Positions 51,196 through 63,174 of a DNA stretch of 64,000 nucleotides are shown piece by piece. A program made the position numbers and the translations under genes. The notes beneath the pieces were generated by a model. It was given only the letters and a program-made list of their open reading frames with translations, did not search any database and had not been told where the DNA came from. The DNA is taken from the NCBI GenBank assembly GCA_963734535.1, contig CAVTHS010000010.1, positions 288,001-352,000 on the forward strand, written 5' to 3'. Positions within the stretch are counted from its first letter, which is position 1; every line of letters starts with the position of its first letter. Source of the stretch: an uncultured Chloroflexia bacterium (lineage in GTDB: Bacteria > Chloroflexota > Limnocylindria > Limnocylindrales > CSP1-4).

Positions 51196-52124
51196 CGGAG
51201 GGTCCTCGCCAGCTCACGCGCGTCCTGCGGAGCAGGGGCCGCCGGCGCGTCGATCATCGAGAGGTAGACATCCTCGAGACTCGGCCGCAGGACCTCGAGT
51301 CCCGGAACCTCATCCTCCTCGCCAAGACCGAGCTGCGTCCTGAGCTCGCGGACGAACCCGTTGGGCGTGTCGGTTCGCTCCTCGCGATGGCGGACGGGCT
51401 CGCCGTCGAGCGCCGGTTCGGTCCAGCGCACGATGGCACGCCGATCCACCCGGCCACCGAGGTCGGCGGGTGTGTTCAGCGCCAGGACCCGGCCGTCACG
51501 CACGACGGCAACTCGGTCGGCCAGGTGCTCGGCTTCGTCGAGGTAGTGGGTCGTGAGTAGAATCGTGGTGCCGCCATCGCGCAATCCGGTCAGCAGGTCC
51601 CAGAATGATCGGCGGGCTTCCGGATCGAACCCGGTCGTCGGCTCGTCGAGGAAGAGCAGCTCGGGACGGCCGATGATGCCAAGCGCCACATCGAGGCGCC
51701 GACGCTGGCCCCCGGAGAGCTGGCGGGTACGGGTCTGAACCTTCTCGGTCAGGCCGACCGCGTCGATCACCTCGTCAGCGTCGCGTGCGTCCGGGTAGTA
51801 GCGGGCGAAGTGATGCACCAGCTCCCCGACGGTTGCCTCGGCCTGATCGTTGGCCGACTGCAAGACGATCCCGATCCGCGAGCGCCAGGCGCGGTCGGCA
51901 TGCGCAGGGTCGACTCCCAGCACGCTCACCGAGCCCCCGTCCCGCCTCCGGAACCCCTCGAGGATCTCGACGGTCGTGGTCTTGCCGGCCCCATTCGGGC
52001 CGAGAACGGCGAAGATCTCGCCTCGCTGGACCGACAGGTCGAGCCCGTCAACTGCCCGCTTGTTGCCGTAGCGCTTTTGCAGGCCGTGGACGTCGACGGC
52101 GAGATCCGGGCTGGTGGTCGGCAT
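51192..52124 (-). CDS. ABC exporter ATP-binding protein
   Basis: GPNGAGKTT, LSGGQRRR, LDEPTTG, TTHY. Confidence 0.95.
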   Translation of the reverse strand: MPTTSPDLAVDVHGLQKRYGNKRAVDGLDLSVQRGEIFAVLGPNGAGKTTTVEILEGFRRRDGGSVSVLGVDPAHADRAWRSRIGIVLQSANDQAEATVGELVHHFARYYPDARDADEVIDAVGLTEKVQTRTRQLSGGQRRRLDVALGIIGRPELLFLDEPTTGFDPEARRSFWDLLTGLRDGGTTILLTTHYLDEAEHLADRVAVVRDGRVLALNTPADLGGRVDRRAIVRWTEPALDGEPVRHREERTDTPNGFVRELRTQLGLGEEDEVPGLEVLRPSLEDVYLSMIDAPAAPAPQDARELARTLR

Positions 52125-52294
52125 GACGCGATGCTGGCCGGAGCGCCCATGTCCCGCCAGTGACGGATGACCCGGTTCTGCAGCCGGATTGTCCCGCTGT
52201 GGCGAGTGCGTGGCCTGGCCCGGCCACAGGGTCAGGCCGGCCCTGCTTCTCTCACGTGCGGCGGCCGCGTCGCGCCTGCGCCAGACTGGTCGCC

Positions 52295-52822
52295 ATGGAC
52301 CATGCCGACCACGTCAGGTTGCTCCGTGATGGCGTCCATGGAGGTGGGACAACCTGGGCTGACCTCGGGTCCGGTGAGGGGGCGTTCACCCTTGCCCTCG
52401 CGGACCTCCTCGGACCGATCGGCTCAATCCACTCGGTCGATCGGGACGGTCGCGCCGTCGGGGTCCAGGTGCGGGCGCTCCGTGAGGCGTTCCCGAGCAT
52501 CGGCGTCACGCCTGTCGTGGCCGACTTCACGATGCCGCTGAATCTGCCGCCGCTCGACGGGATCGTCATGGCGAACTCGCTCCATTTCGTGCGGGACAAG
52601 CTTGGCGTCCTCGGTCTCGCCCGGGGCTACCTGCGCCCGGCGGGTCGCCTCGTTCTCGTCGAATACGACACTGACCACGGCAACCAGTGGGTCCCCTTCC
52701 CGCTCACGTTCCGGTCCTGGGCGAAGCTGGCAACGGAAGCAGGCTTCCGCGAGACCCGGCTGCTGGCGTCGGTCCCGAGCCGGTTCCTCGGGTCGATCTA
52801 CTCGGCGGTGAGCCTGCGCTGA
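52295..52822 (+). CDS. class I SAM-dependent methyltransferase
   Basis: ADLGSGEG, VADF, DGIVMANSLHF, LRPAGRLVLVEY. Confidence 0.88.
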   Translation: MDHADHVRLLRDGVHGGGTTWADLGSGEGAFTLALADLLGPIGSIHSVDRDGRAVGVQVRALREAFPSIGVTPVVADFTMPLNLPPLDGIVMANSLHFVRDKLGVLGLARGYLRPAGRLVLVEYDTDHGNQWVPFPLTFRSWAKLATEAGFRETRLLASVPSRFLGSIYSAVSLR

Positions 52823-53158
52823 GCGGGTCCGGGGCCCTTGGGGGCGCGTCGAGATGTTCGACCGCGCCGTCCGTGACAAGCTCGGCGTCGCCGCGGATCT
52901 GGACGAATCGCGAGGTGTCGTCCGGGTCGACGATGAGGAGGCTGACCTTCGGATCGGCGAGCACGTTGCGCCCCTTCCGGCGTTGCAGGGTGGTGTTGAC
53001 CCGGGCGCACTCGCCGTCGTGGTCGACCCAGACCAGGCTCGACTGCGGCTGGCCGCCGGGGAGCATCGTCGTGAGCACCCCGCAGATCGGGCGGGTGAGA
53101 AGGTCGAGGTGCGAGACCGGGATATGGGGAGCGTCTCGGTCGCCGCGACCGCGGTCAT
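52819..53158 (-). pseudogene. PPOX-class F420-dependent oxidoreductase, apparently 3'-truncated
   Basis: LTTMLPGGQPQSSLVW...RKGRNVLADPKVSL...VQIRG; homology stops at EHLDA, next to the convergent methyltransferase stop. Confidence 0.6.
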
Positions 53159-53627
53159 CGCGCCCCTCCCCCTGCCGTCGCATCGAGCGCGACGACCTGC
53201 ATGGGCTGGATCCTGCAGAGCACCGGCGTCTCGCGCCCGCGAACTCCGCCGGGATGCACTCCCCGAAGTAGCGCACGGGCCGTCCGGCATATTTCGAGGC
53301 CAGGCCCTCGAGGTGCTCGAGCGCGCCCTCCTCGGTCATCTCGACCACGGTGCCGCGGATCTCGAGATAGCGGAGCGGCTGGCGCGGGCCGTGGCAGAGC
53401 AGCGTCAGCTTCGGCTCGCGCCGCATGTTCCGCTCCTTCGCGAAGCCGCGCATCGTGTTGACCCGGACGAAGGTGCCATCGAAGTCGCACCACACGACCG
53501 AGGTCTGGGGGTACCCGTCGGCCATCACCGTGGTGAGCGCGGCGACACGCGGGCATTGGCGTCCGGTGGGCCGGCGGCGCTGGGATCGCTCCTCCGCCTC
53601 CAGCAGCTCGCACGGGCGACGGCGCAT
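53155..53627 (-). CDS. PPOX-class F420-dependent oxidoreductase (start uncertain, frameshift near 53235)
   Basis: ALTTVMADGYPQTSVVW...KERNMRREP...YLEIRG...LASKY; its stop overlaps the next ATG. Confidence 0.7.
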
Positions 53628-53870
53628 GCGGCCGGGACCTACCAGGACGGGTTCCGCGTCCTGCGGGCCATCGTGCGAGCCGCGCCGATCCTCGACTGAT
53701 AGCGCCGGTCGTCGGGCGGCCGCTCGGCCCATTACGCGGCGTCATGACAGGGTTCGCTCTCACGCGCAGATTGGGCTTCATGGCGACCCGCCGAGGTCGT
53801 CTGCATGGCGTGGGACCGGCCGAATGGGCCGCGCCCGGCCGAAGGGACGCGTGAACGCCCTGGGTGGGAT

Positions 53871-55493
53871 GTGGTGAGGCGACCCGCGGTCGCGATCCGA
53901 GACGCGTCCGGAGCACGGTTCCGGGGGCTGCTGGAGGCGGCCCCTGACGCCATGGTGGTCGTGGACAAGGACGGCGAGATCGTCCTGCTCAACGTGCAGG
54001 CGGAGAAGCAGTTCGGCTACCGCCGCGACGAGCTGGTCGGCCAGCCGGTCACGAACATCATCCCGGTGGGCTTCGCCGAACGGCTGATCGCCGACGACCT
54101 GCGCTCCGCGGCCGAGGCCCTGGCCCAGCAGATCGGCACCGGCATCGAGCTCTCCGGGCGGCGCAAGGACGGCAGCGAGTTCCCGATCGAGATCATGCTG
54201 AGCCCCCTCGAGAGCGCCGAGGGGATCCTCGTCACGGCGGCCATCCGCAACATCAGCGTGCGCAAGGAGGCCGAGGGCCAGCTCCTCCAGGCCCAGAAGC
54301 TCGAGTCGATCGGGAGGCTGGCCGGCGGGATCGCCCACGACTTCAACAACATGCTCTTCGTCATCAACGGGCATGCCGAGATGCTCGACCAGGACCTGGC
54401 GCCGGAGCATCGCGCCACGCTCGATCTCGACGAGACGCTTCGCAACGTCCGGGCCATCCGGGAAGCGGGAGAACGGGCTGCCACGCTCACGGCCCAGCTC
54501 CTTGCCTTCAGCCGCCAGCAGGTCATCAGCCCGACGGTGCTCGACCTCAACGCGGCCATCGATGGCATCGAGCCGATGGTGCGGAAGCTGATCGGCGAGA
54601 ACATGCGGCTCGTCGTCAAGCTCGGGCGACGACGCCGGTCACATCCGCGCGGACGCGGGCCAGCTCGACCAGATCCTCGTCAATCTCGTCGTCAACGCCC
54701 GCGACGCGATGCCGGACGGCGGAACGGTGACGATCGAGACCGGGACGGCAGATGGTCGACGCGCAAGTATGCGACCGAGCATTTCGATGCGAAGCCCGGC
54801 GCCGTACGTCCTGCTCGTCGTCAGCGACACCGGGATCGGGATGGATCGCACGATGCGGGAGCGCATCTTCGAGCCCTTCTTCACGACGAAGCAGATCGGC
54901 AAGGGGACCGGCCTCGGGCTCGCCACCGCCTACGGAATCGTCCACCAGGCGGGCGGCCACGTCTGGGTCTACTCCGAGCCCGGCCTGGGGTCGACGTTCA
55001 AGCTCTACTTCCCGCGCGTCGACGCCCCGGGATCGACGGAGGAGCCCGCCGCGTCCCCGTCCCCCCGCCCTCGGAACCGGCACGGTCCTCGTCGTCGAGG
55101 ACGAGCCGGTGGTTCGCGACATGACCACGCAGATGCTCGTCCGGGCCGGCTATCACGTGATCGCGGTCGCCGAGGGCGCCGACGCCATCGCGCGGCTGGC
55201 GCGGCTCGAGGAGCCCGATCGACGTGCTCGTCACCGACGTCATCATGGCGCACATGTCCGGCATCGAGCTCGCCGGGCTCGTGATGGATCAGTATCCGGA
55301 CGTCGGCGTCGTGATGCTTTCCGGCTACACCGCCGAGACCCTCGACCTGGAGCGCGTCACGACGCGAGGCGCGACGTTCGTGCCCAAACCCGTGACGTCC
55401 GGCCAGCTCGTCCTCGCGGTCCAGCAGGCCCAGGCGGTGCGACGGGCCAGCGGGACTCGGGGCCGCGGGCCGATCACGAATGGGAGCTCGTGA
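53871..55493 (+). CDS. PAS-histidine kinase-receiver hybrid (several frameshifts)
   Basis: PAS ([12 protein letters not shown]), [12 protein letters not shown]-box, [29 protein letters not shown]...TDVIM...PKP. Confidence 0.88.
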
Positions 55494-57914
55494 ACGTGGA
55501 GACGACGGCGCCAGACGCCCCGGTTCTGATCGTCGACGACGATGCCGCCGCGCGCGAGCTCGTCGCGACACAGCTCCGACGCGAAGGGTTCGAGACGCGC
55601 GAGGCGGCGAGCGGCGAGGCTGCGCTGCGGCTCATCGCGGCCGAGGCCATCGGCCTCGTCATCCTCGACATGCGCATGCCCGGCCTATCGGGCACCGATG
55701 TCGATCCTCGCGCTCCGCGAGCAGCCCGACACGGCAACCCTCCCGATCATGGTGCTGACGGGCAAGGGCGACGAGTACTCGCTCGCCGCGAGTCTCGGCG
55801 TCGGCGCGGACGACTACCTGACGAAGCCGATCCGGCTCGACGAGCTGGTCGCGCGGGTCCGGGCGCACCTGCGCGGCGTGCGGGTCGCTGCCGAGCAGGC
55901 CGAGCGCGAGAGCGAGGAGCGGTACCGGGCGCTCGTCGAGCAGTCGGCGGACGGCATCCTCGTCTCCGACCAAACCCGCCGCTACGTCGTGGCGAATCCG
56001 GCCATCTGCCGGATGCTGGGCTACACGCGCGACGAGCTCCTGTCGATGTACTCGCCGAGCCTGAGCGCCGACGACGACCCGCTGAGCCCCGACGACATGG
56101 ACGTTCGACTGGCCGAGACCGCGGCCGGGACCGGGCTCGTCGTGCAGCGACGCTACAGGCGCAGTGACGGATCGAGCCTGTCGGCGGAGGTGACCTTCTC
56201 CCAGCTGCCCGATGGGCGCCTGCAGCGCAACATCCGGGATATCGGCGAGCGTCTGGCCGCCGACGCGGAGCGGACGAGACTCGCGTCGGCCGTCGAGCAG
56301 ACTGCCGACGCGATCTGGATGAACGACCTCTCGGGCATCATCACCTACGTCAACCCCGCCTTCAGCCGGGCCTACGGGTACGAGCGGTCCGAGATCGTCG
56401 GCCGGTACGCGGGCATCCTCGACAGTGGCCAGCATGAGCCCGCGTTCTTCTCGGCCATCTGGGCCGCGGTGCGCACGGGGCGGACCTGGACGGGCACGAT
56501 CGTCAACCGGCGCAAGGACGGCAGCCCGATCGAAGTGGAATTGGTCATCTCGGCGATTTGCGATGCCGAGGATCAGTTGACGGGGTACGTCCAGGCCGAC
56601 CGGGACGTCACGCACGAGCGGCAGCTCGAGGGTGCCCTCGCGCGGGATGCCCGGGAGCGCGAGACGATCGAGACAGCCCTCGCGCGGATCGACCCGGAGG
56701 CGTCGGCCGAGGAGATCGCGACCGAGGCGTGTGCGGTCATCAACGGGCTTCCCGGCGTCGATTCCACCATGGCGGTCGCGCTCGACGAGGTGGAGGGCAG
56801 CGTGCTCGCAGTGGTCGGACAGCTTACGACCACCTTCGTCGCGGGTACGCCAGTCGCGGCGAGCCGCGTGGCATACCTGCGCGAGCGGGCGTCCGGCGGC
56901 CTGTGGTACGAGGAATGGCGGCCGGGTCCGGAAAGTGGGCTGTGGGCGGATGCCATCACGGCCACCGGGCTTCGCGCGGCCGCGTACGGCCCCTTGCGCA
57001 GCGCGAGGGGCGTGATCGGCGTCGTCGGCATCGCGAGCCACGACACCGCGACAGCGTCGGCCCTTGTCGAGCACATGCCGGCATTGGCCGCATTTGCCTC
57101 GATCCTCGGGGCGTTGTTGGGTCCGAAGCTCGAGGATCGACGACGCGCGGGTGATCAGCGGACCCAGATCCAAGAGATCCTCGACGCGTCCGCCTTCACG
57201 CCATTCTTCCAGCCGATCGTCGACCTCCGCACGGGCGCCGTCGTCGGGTACGAGGCGCTGAGCCGCTTCGCGGATGGCGTGCCACCGGATACCCGGTTCA
57301 CCGCGGCGGCGAGAGCCGGGCTCGGTATCGAGCTGGAGCTCGCAACGCTCCGGGCGGCGATCGCGGCCGCGGCCAGTGTCCTGCCGCCGGCCGCGTATTT
57401 GAGCCTCAATGCCTCGCCTCGGCTCATCTTCTCGGGCGAGCTCCGATCACTCCTCGGCGGCATCGAGCGACCGCTCGTCCTCGAGATCACGGAGCACGTG
57501 GCGATCGCGGACTACCCGGCGTTGCGAGCGGAGCTGACGACATTGGGGCCGACCGTCCGTCTCGCGGTGGACGATGCAGGGGCGGGCTACGCCAGCTTCC
57601 GCCACATCCTCGAGCTCTCGCCCAACCTCGTGAAGCTCGACATCGGGCTCATCCGCGGGATCGACGCCGACCCCGCCCGCCAGGCGCTGCTTGCCGGAAT
57701 GGCGTACTTCGCGGTAAAGCGCAAGATCCGCCTCGTCGCCGAAGGAATCGAGACCGGCAAAGAGCTCGAGGTCCTCCGTTCGCTCGCGATCCCGTACGGA
57801 CAGGGCTATCTCCTGGGCCGACCCCAGGATGGCCGGGGGCCCGGGCCGTGGCCGGCCGCCGTCACGCTCACGACACGGCCGGCGAAGGCGCGCAGGTCTC
57901 GCGCGCGACGCTGA
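55490..57914 (+). CDS. REC-PAS-PAS-GAF-like-EAL c-di-GMP phosphodiesterase (frameshift near 55700)
   Basis: LIVDDD...LDMRMP...DYLTKP; two PAS domains; YEALSRF, LEITE, VDDAGAGY, KLD, VAEGIET, QGY. Confidence 0.9.
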
Positions 57915-58113
57915 CGCCGAACCGGCGCCCTGCTCGACGCGCGGATCGAGCCGAACGCCTCGGCCTCCCCGTCGAGGGCCGGGGCCGGTGGGCGGAGAAG
58001 TGCCCGTGGCCGGCACCGGGTAGGCTGCCCGGGACGAGCCGGCCCCGGACGGTCGTCGGCCGCGGTCGCGGCAGGAGCCACGGCCCGGGGCGCACGGGAG
58101 GCCGCCCATCTTC

Positions 58114-59482
58114 ATGGACGAGCAGTTCGACTTCGTGGTCATCGGAGCCGGTCCGGCCGGCGAGGCCGCCACCTACCTGGCGCGTGCCCGCGGCGCGACG
58201 GTCGCCGTGGCCGACCGGGAGCTGTTCGGTGGGTCGTGCCCCTTCTGGGCGTGCATGCCGTCCAAGACCCTGCTGCACGCGGCGGCGGTCCACGCGGGCG
58301 GCGGGGACTACGACTGGCCACGGGCCTCCGCCCGCCGCGACTACATGATCAGCCGCGAGGGGACCGACTTCCCGAGCGACGCCGGCCACGTGTCCGGGCT
58401 CGCGGGAGCGGGCGCGGTCACGATCCGCGGAGCCGCCCGAATCGCCGGCGCGGGCCGCGTCGTCGTCACGCATGACGGCGCGGAGCACGAGCTGCGGGCC
58501 CGCAACATCGTGGTCGCGGTCGGGTCGCAATCCAGGGTCCCGGCCATCGACGGCCTCGACGCGATCAGGCCCTGGACCAACCGCGAGGCGACCAGCACAC
58601 GCGACGCTGCCCGCGAGCCTGGTGATCCTGGGCGGCGGTCCGACCGGCGTGGAGCTGGCACAGGTGTTCGCCCGCTATGGCGTGCCGACCGCCCTCGTCG
58701 CGTCGCAGCCGCGCATCAACCCGAAGGGCCATCCGCGCAACTCGGCGGCGCTCGAGGCGACCCTTCGCGCAGACGGCGTGGAGATCCGGACCGGCGTTCG
58801 TGCCATCCGGGTGCGGGCGCGGGCCGCGGCATCGGGCGCGCACGTGATCGATCTCGCCGACGGCACCACCGTCGAGGGCCACGAGGTCCTCCTGGCGGTC
58901 GGGCGGACGCTGCCGCTCGCGGGCCTCGGCCTCGAGACGCTCGGCATCGACGTATCCGGCGGCGCGCTCACGGTGGGACCGGACCTCCGGATCGCTCCGA
59001 GCGTCTTCGTGGCGGGCGACCCGGCCGGCCCCGAGATGCACACGCACCTCGCGCACTACCAGGGCGAGATGGCGGTGCGGATCGCCCTCGGCGACGACGT
59101 CCTCCCGGACTACCGGGCCATCCCGAACGCGGTCTACACGGATCCCGAGGTCGCCGGCGTCGGCCGGTCTCTCGAGGAGGCGCTCGCGGCCGGGTATGAC
59201 GCGTTCGAGGAGGTGACCGACCTCGCGACGACGGCGAAGGGTTACGTCGCCGAGGCCAGCGGCCACGTGACGATCGTCGTGGATCGCGCGACGCGGACGC
59301 TCCTCGGCGCCTTCATCGCGGGCCCAGCTGCGTCCGAGGTGATCCACGAGGCAGTGCTTGCCATCAGGACGCGGACCACCCTCGAGGTCCTCGCCGATAC
59401 GATCCACGCGTTCCCGACGACGGCTCGCGCGATGGGCGGGCTCTTCGCCCAGGCGGTCGCCACCCTCGATACGGCTCCGTGA
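58114..59482 (+). CDS. pyridine nucleotide-disulfide oxidoreductase class I (frameshift near 58600)
   Basis: GAGPAG, GGSCPFWACMPSK redox CxxxxC, GGGPTGVE, AGD, YTDPE, HAFPT. Confidence 0.9.
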
Positions 59483-60475
59483 CCGCTCCGGGCCACGGGG
59501 ACGAACAGGGGGCCCTGATCACGTCCCGCATCGCGCCGATCAGGATCCCGGACGAGTTCACCGTCTGGGCCGCCAGCGACGTCCACGGCCAGCTGCGCGC
59601 GGTCGATCGGCTGCTCCGCGCAGCCGGCCTGTCCGATGGCGCGGACCGCTGGGTCGCGCCTCCCGCGACGGCCCTCGTGGTGACCGGGGACGTCGTGGAC
59701 CGGGGCCCCGACTCGTTGCGGCTGGTCCGGCGCCTTGCCTCGCTCCGCGCACAGGCGGGGGCCGCGGGCGGGCTGGTCGCGATCCTCGGTGGCAACCACG
59801 AGGCGCAGGTCCTCGGCGGGCTCGATGGCCAGCCGGAGATCTTCCGCGCGCTGATGGCATTCGGCGGGGGCGCGACGCTCCTGTCCGCCGGACTGCGCCC
59901 GGACGAGTGGGAGGGCCGCTCGCCCGCCGAGATCGCGGCTCGCGTGGACGAGCGTGCGCCCGACCTCCGACCGACGCTCTGGACGTTCGCACCGTACGCG
60001 CGCTGGGGAGACGTGCTGCTGGTGCACGGCGGTCCGGTGCCGAACCAGGAGCTGGACCGGTTCGAGCGGAGCGCCGACCGGTTGTGGATTCGCGACGGGT
60101 TCTTCGCCTCGCCGGATCGCTTCCCCGATGCCGGGGCCTGGGCGCCTTACCGGAAGGCCGGCCTGGGCAGGGTGGTCTTCGGGCACACGCCGGTTGACGT
60201 CCCGACGCTCTTCCATGCCGGGCATGCCCTCAACCTCGACACGTGGCGTGGCAGGCAGGTCACGCTGGCCCGGCTCGATCCGGGGCGGGAGCTGCGCGAT
60301 GCGGTCTTCCTCTCCGAGCCGGCCGAGCCGCGCGCCGATCGCCGACGCGCCGGTCTCGGCCGAGGAGATCCGACGCTTCGACGCCGAGCTGCCCGCCGTG
60401 GTCGATGCGTGGGTGGCGCGTCGGCAGGGCCTCGCCGTTCAGCCGGCCGGGCGGACGACCTCGTACCGGGGGTAG
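59479..60475 (+). CDS. calcineurin-like metallophosphoesterase (frameshift near 60335)
   Basis: SDVHG, GDVVDRGPDS, GNHE, VHGG, FGHTP, LDT. Confidence 0.88.
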
Positions 60476-60575
60476 TTCACGCCGGAGCCGAGCGTCCGGG
60501 TCTCGAGGAGCCGCAGCCCGACGCGGTTCTCGAGCGCCTGGAGGAAGGGCGTGCCGGCTCCCAGGATCACCGGGC

Positions 60576-61289
60576 TCATGGATGGGCGGATCTCGTCGAT
60601 CCGCGCGGATCCACGCGTTTGTCGGGCTCATCGTCGAGGATCTCGAGGCCGAGCTCCGCCGCGAGGAGCGGAGCAAGATCGTGGAGCTGCGCCCGGCTCA
60701 CGATCGCGCCGCGCAGGCTCTCGACGCCGATCAGCGACCGCAGCCTGGCACCCGACAGGTCGACCTTCGAGAGCGTGGCTCCCGCGACGTTGAGCTCGTC
60801 GACCGTGCAGTCGACGAGGCCGACCGAGCGCAGCTGGGCGGATCGGACGTCCAGGGTGCCGATCTCGCAGTCCTCGAAGACCACGTCCTCGAGCCGCGCG
60901 CCCGAGAGGTTCACGAAGCCGAGCTTGCTGCGGCGCACGCGAATGCCGGCCCACGTCGCACCGCTCAGCGTCACTGCGCCAAGACGGCTCCCGGCTATGC
61001 CGGAATCGCGCCAGGCGGTATCGGAGAGGTCGACGCTCGCCCCGTGGACCTCGGCGAGCAGCGATTCCACGACGCGAGCGCGCTGCATCGAGAGGCCGTC
61101 GAGGCAGCACCGCTGCAGGCGGCACTCCAGGAACCTGGCATCGCTGGCGTCCTGGCCCGTGAAGTCGCGGTCGACGAAATCGATCGCGTCATAGTCGCGG
61201 CGCGGCTCGAGCCCGCCTCCCACGAAACGGGTGAGATGTGGCAACGCGGCCGCTCGCTCCGCGGTGGCCCGCCGCGCATCCTTCCTCAT
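60576..61289 (-). CDS. pentapeptide repeat protein
   Basis: Repeating 5-residue units (VNLSG ARLED VVFED; VDLSG ARLRS); start overlaps the upstream DGC stop. Confidence 0.85.
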   Translation of the reverse strand: MRKDARRATAERAAALPHLTRFVGGGLEPRRDYDAIDFVDRDFTGQDASDARFLECRLQRCCLDGLSMQRARVVESLLAEVHGASVDLSDTAWRDSGIAGSRLGAVTLSGATWAGIRVRRSKLGFVNLSGARLEDVVFEDCEIGTLDVRSAQLRSVGLVDCTVDELNVAGATLSKVDLSGARLRSLIGVESLRGAIVSRAQLHDLAPLLAAELGLEILDDEPDKRVDPRGSTRSAHP

Positions 61290-62941
61290 CCTGTCGCGTC
61301 CCCTCCGCCGTGTGCATGCGCCGCCGTGAAGGTTCGGGCATCCACGTCGCCTCGATCCACGCCATCCTGCCCGCCGAGCCGCTGGGTGTGCTTCGCCTCG
61401 TACATGTGTCGATCTGCCTCGCCGATCAGCTCGTCGAGCGTGCGCGGGCGCTCCGGGTCGAACATCGCGGCCCCGACGCTCAGCGACAGCGCAAACGCGC
61501 GGCCCGGCATCTCGTTCGCCCGCGCCAGGGCGTCCTCGACACGCGTCAGGAGCCTGTCTCCGTCGGTTGGCGAGACCTCTGTCGCGAGGATCGCGAACTC
61601 GTCGCCGCCGAATCGTGCGACCAGGTCGGCCGCCCGAAACGTCCCGTTTCTCAGCAGGTCGGCGGTCTCCCGAAGCGCCCGATCCCCGGCCTCGTGGCCC
61701 AGGCGGTCGTTGATCTCCTTGAGGCCGTCGAGGTCTGCGAAGAGGAGCCAGAGCCGGTTCCGCGTCCGGATCGACGTGCGCAGCTGCTGCTCGGCGAGCG
61801 TCGAGAAGCCGCGCCTGTTCAACAAACCCGTGAGCCCGTCGGTGAGAGAAAGCGTTCGGATGGTCTCGACCATCTGGTGTCGCTCGGTGACCTCGCGCAG
61901 GACAACGAGCGAGCCCGCATCGCGCCGCCTCTCGTCGGCGATCGCGCTCACGCGGACGTCGAACCATCGCTCGCCCTCCGATGCGAGCGCCGACGGGGCA
62001 TGCTCGGTCCGCCCGGGTTGCCCGGGGCTCATCGGGATCTCGGCCTCCCGTTGGCCCGACTCCTGGCAGACCGCGACGAGGTCCGGGTAACGGTGGAGCA
62101 CGTCGGCGAGCGCCATGCCCCAACGAATCGGCCCCGATCCCGAGCAGCTTGATCGCCGAGGCGTTGACGGCCGCGATCCGCCGCTCGGGATCCAGCACGA
62201 GCACCGAGTCCGCAAATGAATCGACGAGCATCGGCCAGGCGACCGGCACGACATCGAGCAAGCGGGATCGGAGGACCGCCCATGCGCCGATGAGCCCCGA
62301 GATCGCGAACGCGATCGAGCTCAGGTCCGCGTGCACGGATGCCTCCCAGCCCCGCGACGTACGAGGACGCTTCCAGCGACGGGCGCGAGCGACCCGACGA
62401 TGACGATCCGCATCCGCGCCGAATACACCGGTGGGTATCGGTAGATGCCCGCGACCAGCGCGAGCAGCCCCATCCCGATGAGCGCGTACGCGTAGGCGGC
62501 CCCCGCCCAGAACCACGGACCGTGCTGGTATACCGCTGTGACACCCCACGCGTCGATGAGCGTGACGGACGACCAGAGCAGGTGGTGCCACTCGTTCGTG
62601 GCGGCCATGCCGACGGAGATTGCCGGTACGAGCAGCAGCAGCGCGGTCCGAGCGCCCGTCAGCCATCCGTCCTGGCGGGTCCAGGCGAGCACGAACAGCA
62701 GGTAGAGGACGGGCGCACTCTCGATTCCCGGGTACGCCACGACCGACCAGGCGATCTTCGTCGACCGGTCGAGCGCTGACGCCTCGAGCGCGTTTGCGAT
62801 CAGCCACCAGCCCACGGCGAGCATGAGAAGCGCGAGCTCGCGGGCGCCCGCCAGGTGGCGCCGACGCCATGCGACGATCGCGACCGCGACGGCCACGGCA
62901 GCGGAGGCGACGTACGACACGACGAGGGGGTTCAGCTGCAC
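61286..62941 (-). CDS. membrane diguanylate cyclase: HisKA_7TM-type sensor + PAS + GGDEF (frameshifts near 62360 and 62120)
   Basis: 7TM with TNEWHHLLW/HGPWF; DGLTGLLNRR, DLDGLKEIND..GHEAGD, ARFGGDEF, ADRHMYEAK. Confidence 0.9.
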
Positions 62942-63021
62942 GAGTGCTCCGGAAGCGGGCTGGGACGTCGTCGCGAAGCGGCCCCTATCCTATCCGGCCG
63001 CCCGGACGCGCGATCCAGAAT

Positions 63022-63056
63022 CGTGACGACGCGTCATGGCGTGACCACACGTCATG
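63022..63056. promoter_or_regulatory. two tandem CGTGAC-N5-GTCATG dyad boxes in a divergent intergenic region
   Basis: CGTGACgacgcGTCATG (63022-63038) and CGTGACcacacGTCATG (63040-63056). Confidence 0.5.
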
Positions 63057-63174
63057 ACGGTTGCCGCGCCCCGGCATAGAGTGCCGTGGCAGCGCGTGAT
63101 CGCCTCGGCTTGCCGCGCGACGCGGGCGATCGCGAGAAGCGAACCCTTCCCGGATGCCACGTGGGTGAGCACAG

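Noticed and set aside
58114-59482. Mercuric reductase MerA
   Set aside because: No C-terminal Cys-Cys, no N-terminal HMA domain and no mer genes nearby.
60576-61289. Qnr quinolone-resistance gene
   Set aside because: Generic chromosomal pentapeptide-repeat protein with no mobile context; Qnr/MfpA identity cannot be supported by eye.
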